A stretch of DNA of 64,000 bases from Candidatus Merdivicinus sp. (GCA_050943495.1 JBMNPH010000007.1:35703-99702), one strand, 5' to 3'. Counted from the stretch's first letter, positions 48,113 through 58,120 are shown. Numbers and translations: made by a program. Notes: generated by a model from the sequence alone, not told the origin.

Positions 48113-49957
48113 ATGTGCGGATTTGCAGGATTTACCACCAACGGCTATACCGGCGACCGTCTGGCCATCATCAAAGCCATGTCTGACCAGATCATCCACC
48201 GTGGCCCGGATCAGGATGACTACTATGTAGATGACGGGATTGCCATGGGCTTCCGGCGGCTGTCCATTATTGACCTGGAAGGCGGTTCCCAGCCCATTAT
48301 CAACGAGGACGGTACCAAGGTCCTCACCTTCAATGGGGAAATTTACAATTTCCGAGAACTGCGGAAAGATTTAATTGAAAAAGGCCACATCTTCAAAACA
48401 TCCACGGACTCTGAGGTACTTCTCCATGGCTATGAGGAGTATGGTGCGGAGCTTCTTCAGAAACTCCGGGGGATGTTTGCCTTTGTCATCTGGGATAAAA
48501 CGGCGCAGAAGCTGTTCGGCGCCCGGGATATTTTCGGAATCAAACCCTTTTACTATTACAAAAAGGACGGAAACTTCCTTTACGGCTCCGAAATCAAGTC
48601 CTTTTTGAAGCACCCCTCCTTTGTCCGGGAAGTCAACGAGGAACGCCTTCCCGACTATATGTGCTATGAGTATATTCCCTGTGACGAAACTCTTTTTAAA
48701 AACGTCTACAAACTTCCCGGTGCGCACTGTTTTGAATATAAGGACGGGAAACTGAATATCTGGCGGTACTACCACATTGATTACAAGATCGATGAAAGCA
48801 AATCCTTAGAAGAATGGGAAAAACTCATCACCGACGAATTTACCAAATCAGTCGAAGCTCACAAAATCAGTGATGTGGAAGTTGGATGCTTCCTCTCCAG
48901 CGGCGTGGACTCCAGCTATGTGGTCAAGGAGGTTTCCAAGGTCACCAAGGATGTCAAAACCTTCTCAGTTGGCTATGCCGAGGAAAAATACAGCGAACTG
49001 CCCTATGCCCAGGATTTTTCCAAGGTTATCGGGGTGCAGAATATTTCCAACAAGGTCTCGGCAGATCAGTATTTCTCCATGGCCTCCAAAATCCAGTGGT
49101 ACATGGATGAGCCTCTGCCCAATCCCTCGGAAGTGCCTCTTTATTTTCTGGCGGAAAACGCTGCCAAATATGTAAAGGTAGTGCTGTCCGGTGAAGGCGC
49201 CGACGAACTCTTCGGCGGCTACCCCATGTATCTGGCAGGAGGGCATTTCCAGAAATACTCCCGGATTCCAAAATTTATCCGGAAAGGCGCGGCGGCATTG
49301 GCTAAGAGAGCGCCGGACTTTAAAGGCAAGCATTTTATTGTCCGGGGAGCGATGGAACCTTATCAGCGGTTCATGCGCGCAAACTACGTTTTTACTAGGG
49401 ACGAACGCTGGAAATATCTGAAAAATCGCATTCCAGCCAAAGACCCAGTGGAATACGCCAAACCTTTCTTTGATGAAATGAAGGACTTTGACGAGCCGAC
49501 CCAGCTTCAGTATGTGGACATTCACACCTGGATGCTTTACGACATCCTGCAAAAGGCCGACCGGATGAGCATGGCCAATTCTCTGGAACTGCGGGTGCCG
49601 TTCCTGGACAAAAAAATGCTGGAACTGGCGGTGCAGATTCCTACCCGTTACCGCATCGACGGCAACACCACCAAGGTTGCCCTGCGTGGAGCCGCCATCA
49701 AGCAAATTCCCGAACGGACTGCAAATAAGAAAAAACTGGGATTCCCGGTACCTCTCAATGACTGGCTCCGGCAGGATAAATATTACAATATGGTGCTGGA
49801 AAAATTTGAGGGAGAGATTGCGGATCGGTTCTTCAACCGAGAAGCGATTCTGAAACTCCTCAATGATCATAAAGCAGGAACCGCCCTGAACATGAAGAAA
49901 ATCTGGACCATTTACAGCTTTATTCTTTGGTATGAGGAATTTTTCGTAATTCATTAA
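48113..49957 (+). CDS. asnB: Asparagine synthase (glutamine-hydrolysing), AsnB/AsnH family
   Basis: N-terminal nucleophile MCGFAGF and the PP-loop LSSGVDSS. 614 aa. Confidence 0.9.
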   Translation: MCGFAGFTTNGYTGDRLAIIKAMSDQIIHRGPDQDDYYVDDGIAMGFRRLSIIDLEGGSQPIINEDGTKVLTFNGEIYNFRELRKDLIEKGHIFKTSTDSEVLLHGYEEYGAELLQKLRGMFAFVIWDKTAQKLFGARDIFGIKPFYYYKKDGNFLYGSEIKSFLKHPSFVREVNEERLPDYMCYEYIPCDETLFKNVYKLPGAHCFEYKDGKLNIWRYYHIDYKIDESKSLEEWEKLITDEFTKSVEAHKISDVEVGCFLSSGVDSSYVVKEVSKVTKDVKTFSVGYAEEKYSELPYAQDFSKVIGVQNISNKVSADQYFSMASKIQWYMDEPLPNPSEVPLYFLAENAAKYVKVVLSGEGADELFGGYPMYLAGGHFQKYSRIPKFIRKGAAALAKRAPDFKGKHFIVRGAMEPYQRFMRANYVFTRDERWKYLKNRIPAKDPVEYAKPFFDEMKDFDEPTQLQYVDIHTWMLYDILQKADRMSMANSLELRVPFLDKKMLELAVQIPTRYRIDGNTTKVALRGAAIKQIPERTANKKKLGFPVPLNDWLRQDKYYNMVLEKFEGEIADRFFNREAILKLLNDHKAGTALNMKKIWTIYSFILWYEEFFVIH

Positions 49958-49973
49958 GGAGGATATGTATCCT

Positions 49974-50450
49974 ATGGATATTACATTCCGTACAGAAGAA
50001 GGGCGATTCAACTATCGGGTATGCGCGATCATTATTGAGAATGGAAAAATCCTGGCGATGCATGATGAGCGTTCACCTTATTACTATCTTCCAGGGGGAA
50101 GAGTTGCTTTGCATGAGACCGCTGAACAGGCACTGTTACGCGAACTTCGGGAAGAATTGGAAATTGAGGCGCGGATTATTCGTCCGTTGTGGCTGAATCA
50201 AAGCTTTTTTACAGAGGATGTCAGCCAAGAACGATATCATGAAATCTGCCTGTATTTCCTGACGGATGTTTCTCAGACAAATCTTCTGGAAAAGGGCGAA
50301 TGCTTTACACGATTCGAAAATAAACATGTCCACACTTTTGAATGGCTTAAACTGCAACGCCTGCGGAATGAATATTTTTATCCGAATTTTTTGAAACAAG
50401 AAATTTTTTCAATCCCTGATACCTTTATGATTCATACAGAATACGAGTAA
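49974..50450 (+). CDS. NUDIX hydrolase
   Basis: Nudix box GGRVALHETAEQALLRELREELEIE. The ATG at 49974 has better spacing from the AAGGAGGA RBS than the ATG at 49965. Confidence 0.8.
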   Translation: MDITFRTEEGRFNYRVCAIIIENGKILAMHDERSPYYYLPGGRVALHETAEQALLRELREELEIEARIIRPLWLNQSFFTEDVSQERYHEICLYFLTDVSQTNLLEKGECFTRFENKHVHTFEWLKLQRLRNEYFYPNFLKQEIFSIPDTFMIHTEYE

Positions 50451-50502
50451 TATTCGTATTATTTTGACAAAATATAACAGATTGTAAAAGAAAGGAACTG
50501 CC

Positions 50503-51420
50503 ATGAGTTTTGATAACAAGCGCCGCTCTGGCGGCAGACCGATGAATAAACCAACCGGACGTCCTGCCGGTAAGAATTTTAACCGGAATCCTGATCCGAT
50601 GCGCCAGCTTCGGCGTGACCGGGATGACGATTTCGCTTTCCGTCCCGATGACGAAAATACTGCTTTTATTGCCGGCCGAAATGCTGTGATCGAAGCTCTA
50701 AAGGCAAATACCAATGCAGATACTCTATTTATTGAAAAAGGACAGACCGGCGGCAGCATGTCTAAAATCATCGCGCTTGCTAAACAGGCGGGCTGTCCTA
50801 TTAAAGAAGTAACTTCTCAGAAACTAGAAGGACTGGCTGCGGGGACTGTTCATCAAGGGGTTGTATTGTCTGTGTCCGCAGTTGAATATGCAGAAGTGGA
50901 AGATATTCTTGCCAAAGCCGCTGAAAAGGGGGAAAAGCCCTTTATCATTATTGCGGATGATATCGAAGATCCCCATAATTTGGGGGCGATTATCCGTACC
51001 GCTGAAACGGCAGGCGCACATGGAGTTATTATTCCCAAGCGGCGGGGAGTTGGCCTTACTTCTGCTGTTTTCAAATCATCGGCTGGTGCTGCTGCCCATC
51101 TGCCAGTTGCACGGGTAGCCAATCTTGCCTCCACTGTGGATGAATTGAAGGAACAAGGAATCTGGGTATACGGCTGTGATATGGATGGACAAAACTGGTG
51201 CGAAACTGATTTTTCCGGCGGAGTCGCTCTGGTGATTGGGTCAGAAGGAAAGGGTATGAGCCGTCTCCTCAAAGAAAAATGTGATGTCATGGTTTCCCTT
51301 CCCATGCGAGGACAAATTACCTCTTTAAATGCTTCTGTTGCAGGCGGTATTATTATGTATGAAGTCACACGCCAACGTTTGGGCATCTCCGCCCATAATT
51401 CCCGGAAATCGGAATCCTGA
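50503..51420 (+). CDS. rlmB: 23S rRNA (guanosine-2'-O)-methyltransferase RlmB (SpoU/TrmH family) with Arg-rich N-terminal extension
   Basis: SpoU motifs DPHNLGAIIRTAE, LVIGSEGKGMS and SLNASVAGGI. Confidence 0.88.
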   Translation: MSFDNKRRSGGRPMNKPTGRPAGKNFNRNPDPMRQLRRDRDDDFAFRPDDENTAFIAGRNAVIEALKANTNADTLFIEKGQTGGSMSKIIALAKQAGCPIKEVTSQKLEGLAAGTVHQGVVLSVSAVEYAEVEDILAKAAEKGEKPFIIIADDIEDPHNLGAIIRTAETAGAHGVIIPKRRGVGLTSAVFKSSAGAAAHLPVARVANLASTVDELKEQGIWVYGCDMDGQNWCETDFSGGVALVIGSEGKGMSRLLKEKCDVMVSLPMRGQITSLNASVAGGIIMYEVTRQRLGISAHNSRKSES

Positions 51421-53718
51421 TTGAAAGGATGTGTTTCTGTCTTGGGTTCTTCCGTAGATGAAATCCTTCGTGAACTGGGTGTTACCCCTTCTTCTGCTGA
51501 TTCAAAACCGGCGAATCCTACGTCCTCCTCTTCTGCGGAAAACGAGGATGCTGAACTCAATGCCCTTCTGAACAGCATAATTGGAGAAAAAACAGCGGCC
51601 GAAATCGGGGAAAAAATGAGATCAAATGAGCCGCCTACAAAAGTTTTCACACAGCGCACAAAACGCTATACTTCTCCCAAAAGTATGCCGGCAGCAAATC
51701 CGGTTCAAGAACCGCAATCCCGGTCCAATTTGCCTCCTATTTTTCAAAATATTCCTACAAAAGCAAAAGAGCCTTCTTCCACCGATCAGACGGGGAAAAT
51801 TCAAATTGATATAGATGCAATCCGCGCAGAGCAACGTCCTCCCCAATCGATTCCGGCACAAGATCTTTCTGAGCCTGCTCGGCAGTCTTCCGAAAATGAG
51901 CAACCCAAACTGCGTCCGGCAGAAAAGGTTCGAGAAATGCATCATTTTCAGAATCCCTTTGACTCTTCTTCCCAATATGCCCCGCCTTATCGCGGTTTTG
52001 GAAAAAAATTGGAACACGAATCTCCGTCTGTACAGATGGATCAATTGCGTTCCGCCTCAAAATTATCCTTGTGGACAGGTATTCTTACATTTATCATTTC
52101 CCTTATTCTGCTCGGTTTTGTAATCGCTATTCAATTTCAGCGGGTACAATCCCCTCCTCTTATGCCAACCAGAATAACTTTAGGATTGATGGTTGCCTTA
52201 GCTGCTGCTGCAGGTGGAATCAGTTGGAAAATGATTACGACGGCACTTGTATCCTTTTTTAAATTTGAACCAAACCGTGAGATACTGCCTGTTCTCACTT
52301 ATCTTTTGTGCTTTCTCCAGGCAATTGGACAATTGATTTTTCCAAAAGGAATCCTTCATGTCAATGTTCAGCTTTACATACCTGCCGGTGTTTTACTGCT
52401 GGCTTTTGCTTGGTTCAGTCGCGTGACAGTATTCAAGACTGCCCTCATCAATGGCAAGTTAGTTTTCTCAGATTTCGACAAATATATTCCACAGCCCATC
52501 ACCGATACCCGACTTGCGGCTGAATTTACTCGTGGTCTGGTGGATGGGTACGGAATTCCAGTTATCAACCGGCAGACAGATTTATTAGGAGATTTTCTTC
52601 CGATTTCTTTTGGATCGGATCGCAGTGATATTTCCGGCAGGAACTTGGGAATGACCGCATTACTGATCGGAAGCGCGGCTGCTTTGTTCACCTTTTTATT
52701 CACACAGCAAAAAAATTTAGCGTTGACCGTAATGACCGCGATTTTTCTTGTCTTTTCTCCTCTCACAAATCTTTTTTGCACCGCACATCCTCTCCGTCGA
52801 AGTGCAAAAATTTTGAATCGGGTTGGCGCGCTTGCTGCAGGAGAACGCTGTACGCAAGATTGCGCGGAAGTAAATGCCGCGGTTATTGATGCCAAAGACT
52901 TGTTCCCATCCTCGAGTGTGACTTTGAGCGGCATCAAAACTTTTGAAGGAATGCGTATTGACGAAGCAATCTTAGATACCGCCTCAGTATTAGTGCAAGC
53001 TGGCAGCATCCTTTCTGATGTTTTCCTCAAAATTATTTCCAATCGTACAGATCTTCTCCGCCAGGCAGAATCTATTTCTTTTGAAGATGGACTGGGAATT
53101 TCCGCATGGGTTGGAAAAAAACGCGTTCTTATTGGAAATCGCGAGCTTATGATTCAAAATAACATACGCGTTCCCAGCGAAGACTATGAACATCGCTTTC
53201 GAGAACAAGGTTGTGATTTGGTATATTTAGGCTCTGCAGGAGATTTGACAGCAGTATTCATTATTACACTCCGTCCCTCTCAAGAAGCAGATATGGCGAT
53301 TCAACGGTTGCTGGAAAATGATATTTTACTCACGGTTCACACTGTCGATTCCATTGTCACGCAACAGCGTTTGGCAGATCTCTACCTCTGTGAAACTTCA
53401 TGCTTTAAAATTCTTCCGGCGCGCCTTCAGGAAAAATTCCGCGAACGGCGGACTTTAGTGAAGCTGAAACCCGCAAGTCTCGCGAATAATGGCAGTTTTG
53501 AATCGATGTCGGCTTCTCTGGTCGTTGCCAGACGAGTCAAAGTTATGATGACCATCAGTGGAGTCATTCAGATGGTCAGCATTCTGCTCGGAGCTGCCCT
53601 CGTTCTTATGCTGACCGTACTGAATTCTATGGCACAATTCTCGGCCCCAATCCTCTGTGGATATTTGCTGCTTTGGTTGGGCGTAGATCTCCTGATTCAA
53701 AAACTGGTTCGTATTTAA
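51421..53718 (+). CDS. Membrane protein with a disordered N-terminal region and a degenerate (probably non-catalytic) P1B-type ATPase-like core
   Basis: Several TM segments plus regions colinear with heavy-metal P-type ATPases, in which the canonical motifs are replaced (see findings). The start is uncertain: TTG at 51421 or TTG at 51442. Confidence 0.7.
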   Translation: MKGCVSVLGSSVDEILRELGVTPSSADSKPANPTSSSSAENEDAELNALLNSIIGEKTAAEIGEKMRSNEPPTKVFTQRTKRYTSPKSMPAANPVQEPQSRSNLPPIFQNIPTKAKEPSSTDQTGKIQIDIDAIRAEQRPPQSIPAQDLSEPARQSSENEQPKLRPAEKVREMHHFQNPFDSSSQYAPPYRGFGKKLEHESPSVQMDQLRSASKLSLWTGILTFIISLILLGFVIAIQFQRVQSPPLMPTRITLGLMVALAAAAGGISWKMITTALVSFFKFEPNREILPVLTYLLCFLQAIGQLIFPKGILHVNVQLYIPAGVLLLAFAWFSRVTVFKTALINGKLVFSDFDKYIPQPITDTRLAAEFTRGLVDGYGIPVINRQTDLLGDFLPISFGSDRSDISGRNLGMTALLIGSAAALFTFLFTQQKNLALTVMTAIFLVFSPLTNLFCTAHPLRRSAKILNRVGALAAGERCTQDCAEVNAAVIDAKDLFPSSSVTLSGIKTFEGMRIDEAILDTASVLVQAGSILSDVFLKIISNRTDLLRQAESISFEDGLGISAWVGKKRVLIGNRELMIQNNIRVPSEDYEHRFREQGCDLVYLGSAGDLTAVFIITLRPSQEADMAIQRLLENDILLTVHTVDSIVTQQRLADLYLCETSCFKILPARLQEKFRERRTLVKLKPASLANNGSFESMSASLVVARRVKVMMTISGVIQMVSILLGAALVLMLTVLNSMAQFSAPILCGYLLLWLGVDLLIQKLVRI

Positions 53719-53720
53719 AC

Positions 53721-53770
53721 AAAAGCGTCACAACAGCAGATTTCTGCCATTATGACGCTTCTTTTTTCTG
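53721..53770. terminator. Bidirectional terminator between the ATPase-like gene and proS
   Basis: Stem AAGCGTCA...TGACGCTT, flanked by CTTTTTTCTG on plus and TTTTGTTT on minus. Confidence 0.7.
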
Positions 53771-53782
53771 TTAAGTTTTCGA

Positions 53783-55222
53783 TTAGTACTGGCGTCCCCA
53801 GTAAATCATATGCTTTGCAGGCTTTCCACAGCAAACACAGGTATCCCCGATATGTTCCTGTTCAAAGGGAATGCAGCGGGATTTAATGTTGGTGAGTTCC
53901 TTAATTTTATTTTCACATGCTTCATCGCCGCACCACATCGTCTTAATGAAGCCGCTCTTGGTGTTGGCAATTTCCAGGAATTCTTCCCAATTATGGGCTA
54001 TATAGGTGCGTTCTTCGCGGTTTTTCAACGCCTTTTCATAGAGTCCATCGCGGACTGCAGTCAGCGTTGCCGGCACTGCAGTTTCCAGCTCATCCAGCGA
54101 AACTACAATCTTTTCCCGATTATCCCGCCGCACTAAAACGCATTGATTTTGTTCCATATCCTTGGGTCCAATTTCCAAACGAACCGGTACCCCTTTCATC
54201 TCATACTGGCTAAACTTCCAACCAGGAGAATTATCCGAATCATCCAATTTTACCCGTACAATCTTTTTCAGACGTGCAGCCAATTCGTTAGCCTTGTCTA
54301 AAACGCCCGGTTTGTGCTGCGCAATCGGAATAATGACCAACTGAATTGGTGCGATGTCAGGCGGCAAAACCAACCCATTGTCATCGCCGTGGGTCATAAT
54401 AATACCGCCAATCAGACGAGTAGAAACGCCCCAGGAAGTTTGATGCGGATATGCGAGCTTGTTGTCGCGACCGGTAAATTGAATATCAAAAGCACGTGCA
54501 AATCCATCGCCAAAGTAATGCGAAGTTCCGGACTGAAGTGCAACGCCATCATGCATCATCGCTTCGATTGTATAAGTAGCCTCTGCACCAGCGAACTGTT
54601 CTTTCTTGGTTTTTTGTCCCTTCAAAACCGGCATGGCAAGAGATTTTTCACAGAAGTCTGCATACACATCCAGCATCTGACGTGTTTCTGCCATCGCCTC
54701 TTCTGCGGTCTCGTGCATAGTATGGCCTTCCTGCCACAAAAATTCCACGGAACGGAGGAAAGGACGGCTGGTCTTTTCCCAACGCACAACCGAACACCAT
54801 TGGTTGTAAAGCATAGGAAGATCGCGATAGGAGTGGATAACATGGGCATAATGCTCACAGAAAAGAGTCTCTGAGGTCGGACGAACGCAGAGACGTTCCT
54901 GAAGCGGTTCCGACCCACCATGGGTTACCCATGCAACTTCTGGTGCGAATCCTTCTACATGATCCTTTTCTTTTTGCAGAAGACTTTCCGGAATGAACAT
55001 CGGCATGCTCACATTCTCATGCCCCAATTCCTTGAAACGGGTATCCAAAATCCGCTGCATATTCTCCCAGATGGCATATCCATACGGACGCAGAATATAG
55101 CAACCCCGGACACTCGAATAGTCAATCAATTCTGCCTTTTTGACGATATCCGTATACCATTTTGCAAAATCTTCCTCCATTGAGGTGATTTCTTCCACCA
55201 TTTTCTGTTGTTTTTGTGCCAA
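53783..55222 (-). CDS. proS: Proline--tRNA ligase (short archaeal/eukaryote-like type without the bacterial INS editing domain)
   Basis: 479 aa. The N-terminus [36 protein letters not shown] and the C-terminal Zn-type tail CxxCG...YWGRQY are typical of this ProRS class. Confidence 0.9.
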   Translation of the reverse strand: MAQKQQKMVEEITSMEEDFAKWYTDIVKKAELIDYSSVRGCYILRPYGYAIWENMQRILDTRFKELGHENVSMPMFIPESLLQKEKDHVEGFAPEVAWVTHGGSEPLQERLCVRPTSETLFCEHYAHVIHSYRDLPMLYNQWCSVVRWEKTSRPFLRSVEFLWQEGHTMHETAEEAMAETRQMLDVYADFCEKSLAMPVLKGQKTKKEQFAGAEATYTIEAMMHDGVALQSGTSHYFGDGFARAFDIQFTGRDNKLAYPHQTSWGVSTRLIGGIIMTHGDDNGLVLPPDIAPIQLVIIPIAQHKPGVLDKANELAARLKKIVRVKLDDSDNSPGWKFSQYEMKGVPVRLEIGPKDMEQNQCVLVRRDNREKIVVSLDELETAVPATLTAVRDGLYEKALKNREERTYIAHNWEEFLEIANTKSGFIKTMWCGDEACENKIKELTNIKSRCIPFEQEHIGDTCVCCGKPAKHMIYWGRQY

Positions 55223-55310
55223 ATCGATCGCTCCTCATCTTGTGATACTACTGTTCTTCATTATATCAGATTACCGGCCCAATTTCAACCAAATTCCGCC
55301 GATTTTTCAT

Positions 55311-55339
55311 GAAAAAGGGAACGATTTTCATCGTTCCCC
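55311..55339 (-). terminator. Terminator of the MATE gene
   Basis: On the minus strand, GGGAACGA-UGAAAA-UCGUUCCC is followed by UUUUUC. Confidence 0.75.
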
Positions 55340-55358
55340 AAGCTCTCTAAAAGAATGC

Positions 55359-56729
55359 CTACATTGTTCGAATGTGCTTTTTATACATATCCAGGAAAAG
55401 CAGGATACTAATGACACATGCTACAGCCTCCGCAATCGGGAAAGCAAACCAGACATTGGTGACTTCGCCGGTCAAGGAAAGCAGCCACGCTGCCGGCAGC
55501 AAAAGAATCATTTGACGCAGCAATGAAATAATTAAGCTACGCATTCCCATACCAGTTGCCTGGAATGCTGTCGAAAATAGGATACCAATTGCAGCAGGAA
55601 CAAAACAAATACTAATAATCCGTAATGCCGGACGGCCAATGCGAAGCATTTCTGCATCTGCCGAAGCCTGTCCTGCCTCTTTGAAGATATTCAGCAATTG
55701 ATCTGGGAATAACTGGAAAATCAGTAAGCCAATTACCATGATTCCTACCATCACGACTGCGCCTATCTTAATAGCAGACAAAAGACGTTCCTTTTTGCGT
55801 GCCCCGTAGTTATATCCCATAATCGGCATCAATCCCTGATTCAAGCCAAATGCAGGCATAAAGATAAAGGATTGCAGCTTATAATAAGCACCCAGTACCG
55901 CCACTGCTGTATCAGAAAAACCAGCCAGAATCCCATTCAGTCCCATATTCAGGAAAGAGCTAATTGCCTGCATTACAATGGAGGGCAAGCCGACTGCATA
56001 GATATCCCGAATAGTTTTCCATTCAAAATGGAAGCCCTTCAGTTCAATCTTAACATGATGTTCCCGACAGAACAGGATGATTATCGCAAAAATCAAAGAA
56101 ACAACCTGTCCCAAGACTGTTGCGATTGCCGCACCGGCAACTCCCATTTCTGGAACACCCAGCAAACCAAATATAAAAATCGGGTCAAGAATAATATTAG
56201 TGATTGCGCCGCTCAATTGAAACAGCATGGGGAAAATCATATTTCCGGTCGCCTGCAGCGTCTTTTCACAGCAAATCTCCACCAGACAAGCCAATGAAAA
56301 GATGGTTACAATCGAGAGGTAATCGATTCCCATTTCTACAACCTGTTCATTAGAACTGAATGCTCGCATAAATGGTTCCGAGAAAAGCAAACCAAATATC
56401 AAAAATGGCACCCAGCTGAATATTCCTAAAAATACACCATGAGTTGCCGCTTTATTGGCCTCTTCATACTTATGCTCACCCAATCGGCGGGAAATGAGCG
56501 AATTAATTCCGACTCCGGTTCCTACGCCAACCGAAATCATCAAAGTTTGCACTGGAAACGCTAGCGATACCGCAGCCAATGCATTTACGCCCAAACGGGA
56601 TACAAAAATGCTGTCCACAATATTATAGAGTGCTTGTACAAGCATCGAAAACATTGCCGGAAGGGACATCGACAATATTAATGGCAGCATCGGTTTTGTA
56701 CCCATTTTATTTTCTTGTACCTGTTCCAC
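55359..56729 (-). CDS. MATE family efflux transporter
   Basis: 456 aa with 12 TM segments and the N-terminal LPLILSMSLPAMFSMLVQALYNIVDSIFVSRLG typical of MATE/NorM. GTG start after an AAAGGATGAG RBS. Confidence 0.85.
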   Translation of the reverse strand: MEQVQENKMGTKPMLPLILSMSLPAMFSMLVQALYNIVDSIFVSRLGVNALAAVSLAFPVQTLMISVGVGTGVGINSLISRRLGEHKYEEANKAATHGVFLGIFSWVPFLIFGLLFSEPFMRAFSSNEQVVEMGIDYLSIVTIFSLACLVEICCEKTLQATGNMIFPMLFQLSGAITNIILDPIFIFGLLGVPEMGVAGAAIATVLGQVVSLIFAIIILFCREHHVKIELKGFHFEWKTIRDIYAVGLPSIVMQAISSFLNMGLNGILAGFSDTAVAVLGAYYKLQSFIFMPAFGLNQGLMPIMGYNYGARKKERLLSAIKIGAVVMVGIMVIGLLIFQLFPDQLLNIFKEAGQASADAEMLRIGRPALRIISICFVPAAIGILFSTAFQATGMGMRSLIISLLRQMILLLPAAWLLSLTGEVTNVWFAFPIAEAVACVISILLFLDMYKKHIRTM

Positions 56730-56782
56730 CGTATCTCATCCTTTCATTTTATTGAGTAGTCAAATAAATTCACATGGATATT

Positions 56783-56811
56783 ATTATACTATGAAAATCT
56801 GAGATATGCAA
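56783..56811 (-). promoter_or_regulatory. Promoter of the MATE gene (TTGCAT-17-TATAAT)
   Basis: Forward atgcaa at 56806-56811 and attata at 56783-56788, 17-nt spacing. Confidence 0.6.
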
Positions 56812-56869
56812 CATATTTCACGCGAATTCTCCCTGTTTAGCAAACACTCCAGCATTTTACGACAAGATT

Positions 56870-58120
56870 TTATGACATTTTCGCACAATGTGACTCAAAT
56901 TCCAATTTCATTGGCAGATGAGGAATACCAATCTCTAAAAATTCCGAGCCGGTAACCTGAAATCCCTGTTTTCGATAAAAGTCGACCGCTGTTTTCCTTG
57001 CATGCAGGGTAATAGCCGAATATCCCCATCGTTTGGCAACCTGAACCGCCAGTTTGTGCATTCGAGTTCCGATTTTCCTGCCGCGCCGGTTTTCCATAAC
57101 CGCAACCTGCTTCATCCGCATCGCATGAGGATCTTCCGAATCCGGAAGCAGCATCATAGTCCCAATCACTTGGCCATTCTCAATTGCGGACAAATGATGA
57201 AAATCCGCTTCGACAGACAGATCCTCTTCCCGAAGATCCAATCCTAGCGGAAGACGCAAGACCTCATTCCGCAGTTGCAAATTCTGACGGTACTCTTCGC
57301 TCTGATAGGGGACTTCTCGCACAGCAATTCCATCTTCCAACCCGAGCATCTCCCGAGCTGCCATCAATACTCCATTTTCATCATTGGATCCGACTAAAAA
57401 TCGCGCATGCTGCAGAAGGATAGGATGTGCATTTGCCATAGCGCAGCTATAATAACAGGCATCCATCATTTCACAGTCGTTGAGATAGTCACCGAATGCC
57501 ATGGTTTCCTCATATGAAATTCCTTCCAATTTTTCTAGCGCAGTCAGTGCTGTCCCCTTATTGGATTGTCCCATAATATCAATCCACGTCTCTCCAGAAA
57601 GCGTAATTTGATAGGATGTGCTTGCACACTCCCTCATCCGACGGAAACTATTCGTTTCAGCACCAAACAGATCATATACTGCAATTTTGCAAACGGGATC
57701 TTCGATTTGCAATAAATCTGGTACGAGTTCCAAACGTTCATAATACATTTTGGCATTTGGATAGAAATTCGGTTCCTGATTTTCACAGTAGGCATTCTCC
57801 GGGCAGCAGAGAATCGGACATGCACCTGGAATCCGTCGAAGCTGCTTCACCAAATCCTGCCAATCTTCTTTCTGAAACGGTTCCAGAAAAATCGGTTTCT
57901 CCTTTTCAAAAATCATTGTCCCATTCTCACAGATATAAATAAATTGATCCCCATAAGGCGCTAATTGCTTCTTCAAATTATAGTATTGCCTTCCGCTCGC
58001 AATTACCAATCGAATTCCAGCTCTTTTTAGCTGATTGAGAAAGCGCGGAAAGTCCTCTGGTAACCTTTTTTGGGAATCCAAAAGCGTTCCATCCATATCG
58101 ACTGCGATCAGCTTAATCAT
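56870..58120 (-). CDS. Fusion protein: Cof-type HAD-IIB phosphatase (N-terminal) plus GNAT N-acetyltransferase (C-terminal)
   Basis: HAD motif I is IAVDMDGTLL, with motif IV at FGDYLNDCEMM. A GNAT core follows (QVAVMENRRGRKIGTRM...ITLHARKTAVDFYRKQGF). Start ambiguous (58120 or 58132). Confidence 0.8.
   Translation of the reverse strand: MIKLIAVDMDGTLLDSQKRLPEDFPRFLNQLKRAGIRLVIASGRQYYNLKKQLAPYGDQFIYICENGTMIFEKEKPIFLEPFQKEDWQDLVKQLRRIPGACPILCCPENAYCENQEPNFYPNAKMYYERLELVPDLLQIEDPVCKIAVYDLFGAETNSFRRMRECASTSYQITLSGETWIDIMGQSNKGTALTALEKLEGISYEETMAFGDYLNDCEMMDACYYSCAMANAHPILLQHARFLVGSNDENGVLMAAREMLGLEDGIAVREVPYQSEEYRQNLQLRNEVLRLPLGLDLREEDLSVEADFHHLSAIENGQVIGTMMLLPDSEDPHAMRMKQVAVMENRRGRKIGTRMHKLAVQVAKRWGYSAITLHARKTAVDFYRKQGFQVTGSEFLEIGIPHLPMKLEFESHCAKMS

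Noticed and set aside
48965-50011. 348-aa minus-strand ORF antisense to asnB
   Set aside because: asnB on the plus strand carries the full Ntn-amidotransferase and PP-loop motifs. The antisense ORF has no RBS or motif.
55223-55358. Possible T-box leader upstream of proS
   Set aside because: Only about 136 nt separate proS from the upstream MATE gene, and part of that is the MATE terminator. That is too short for a T-box (about 200+ nt). I found no AGAGA/GNUGGNA-type T-box sequence or specifier-loop context.
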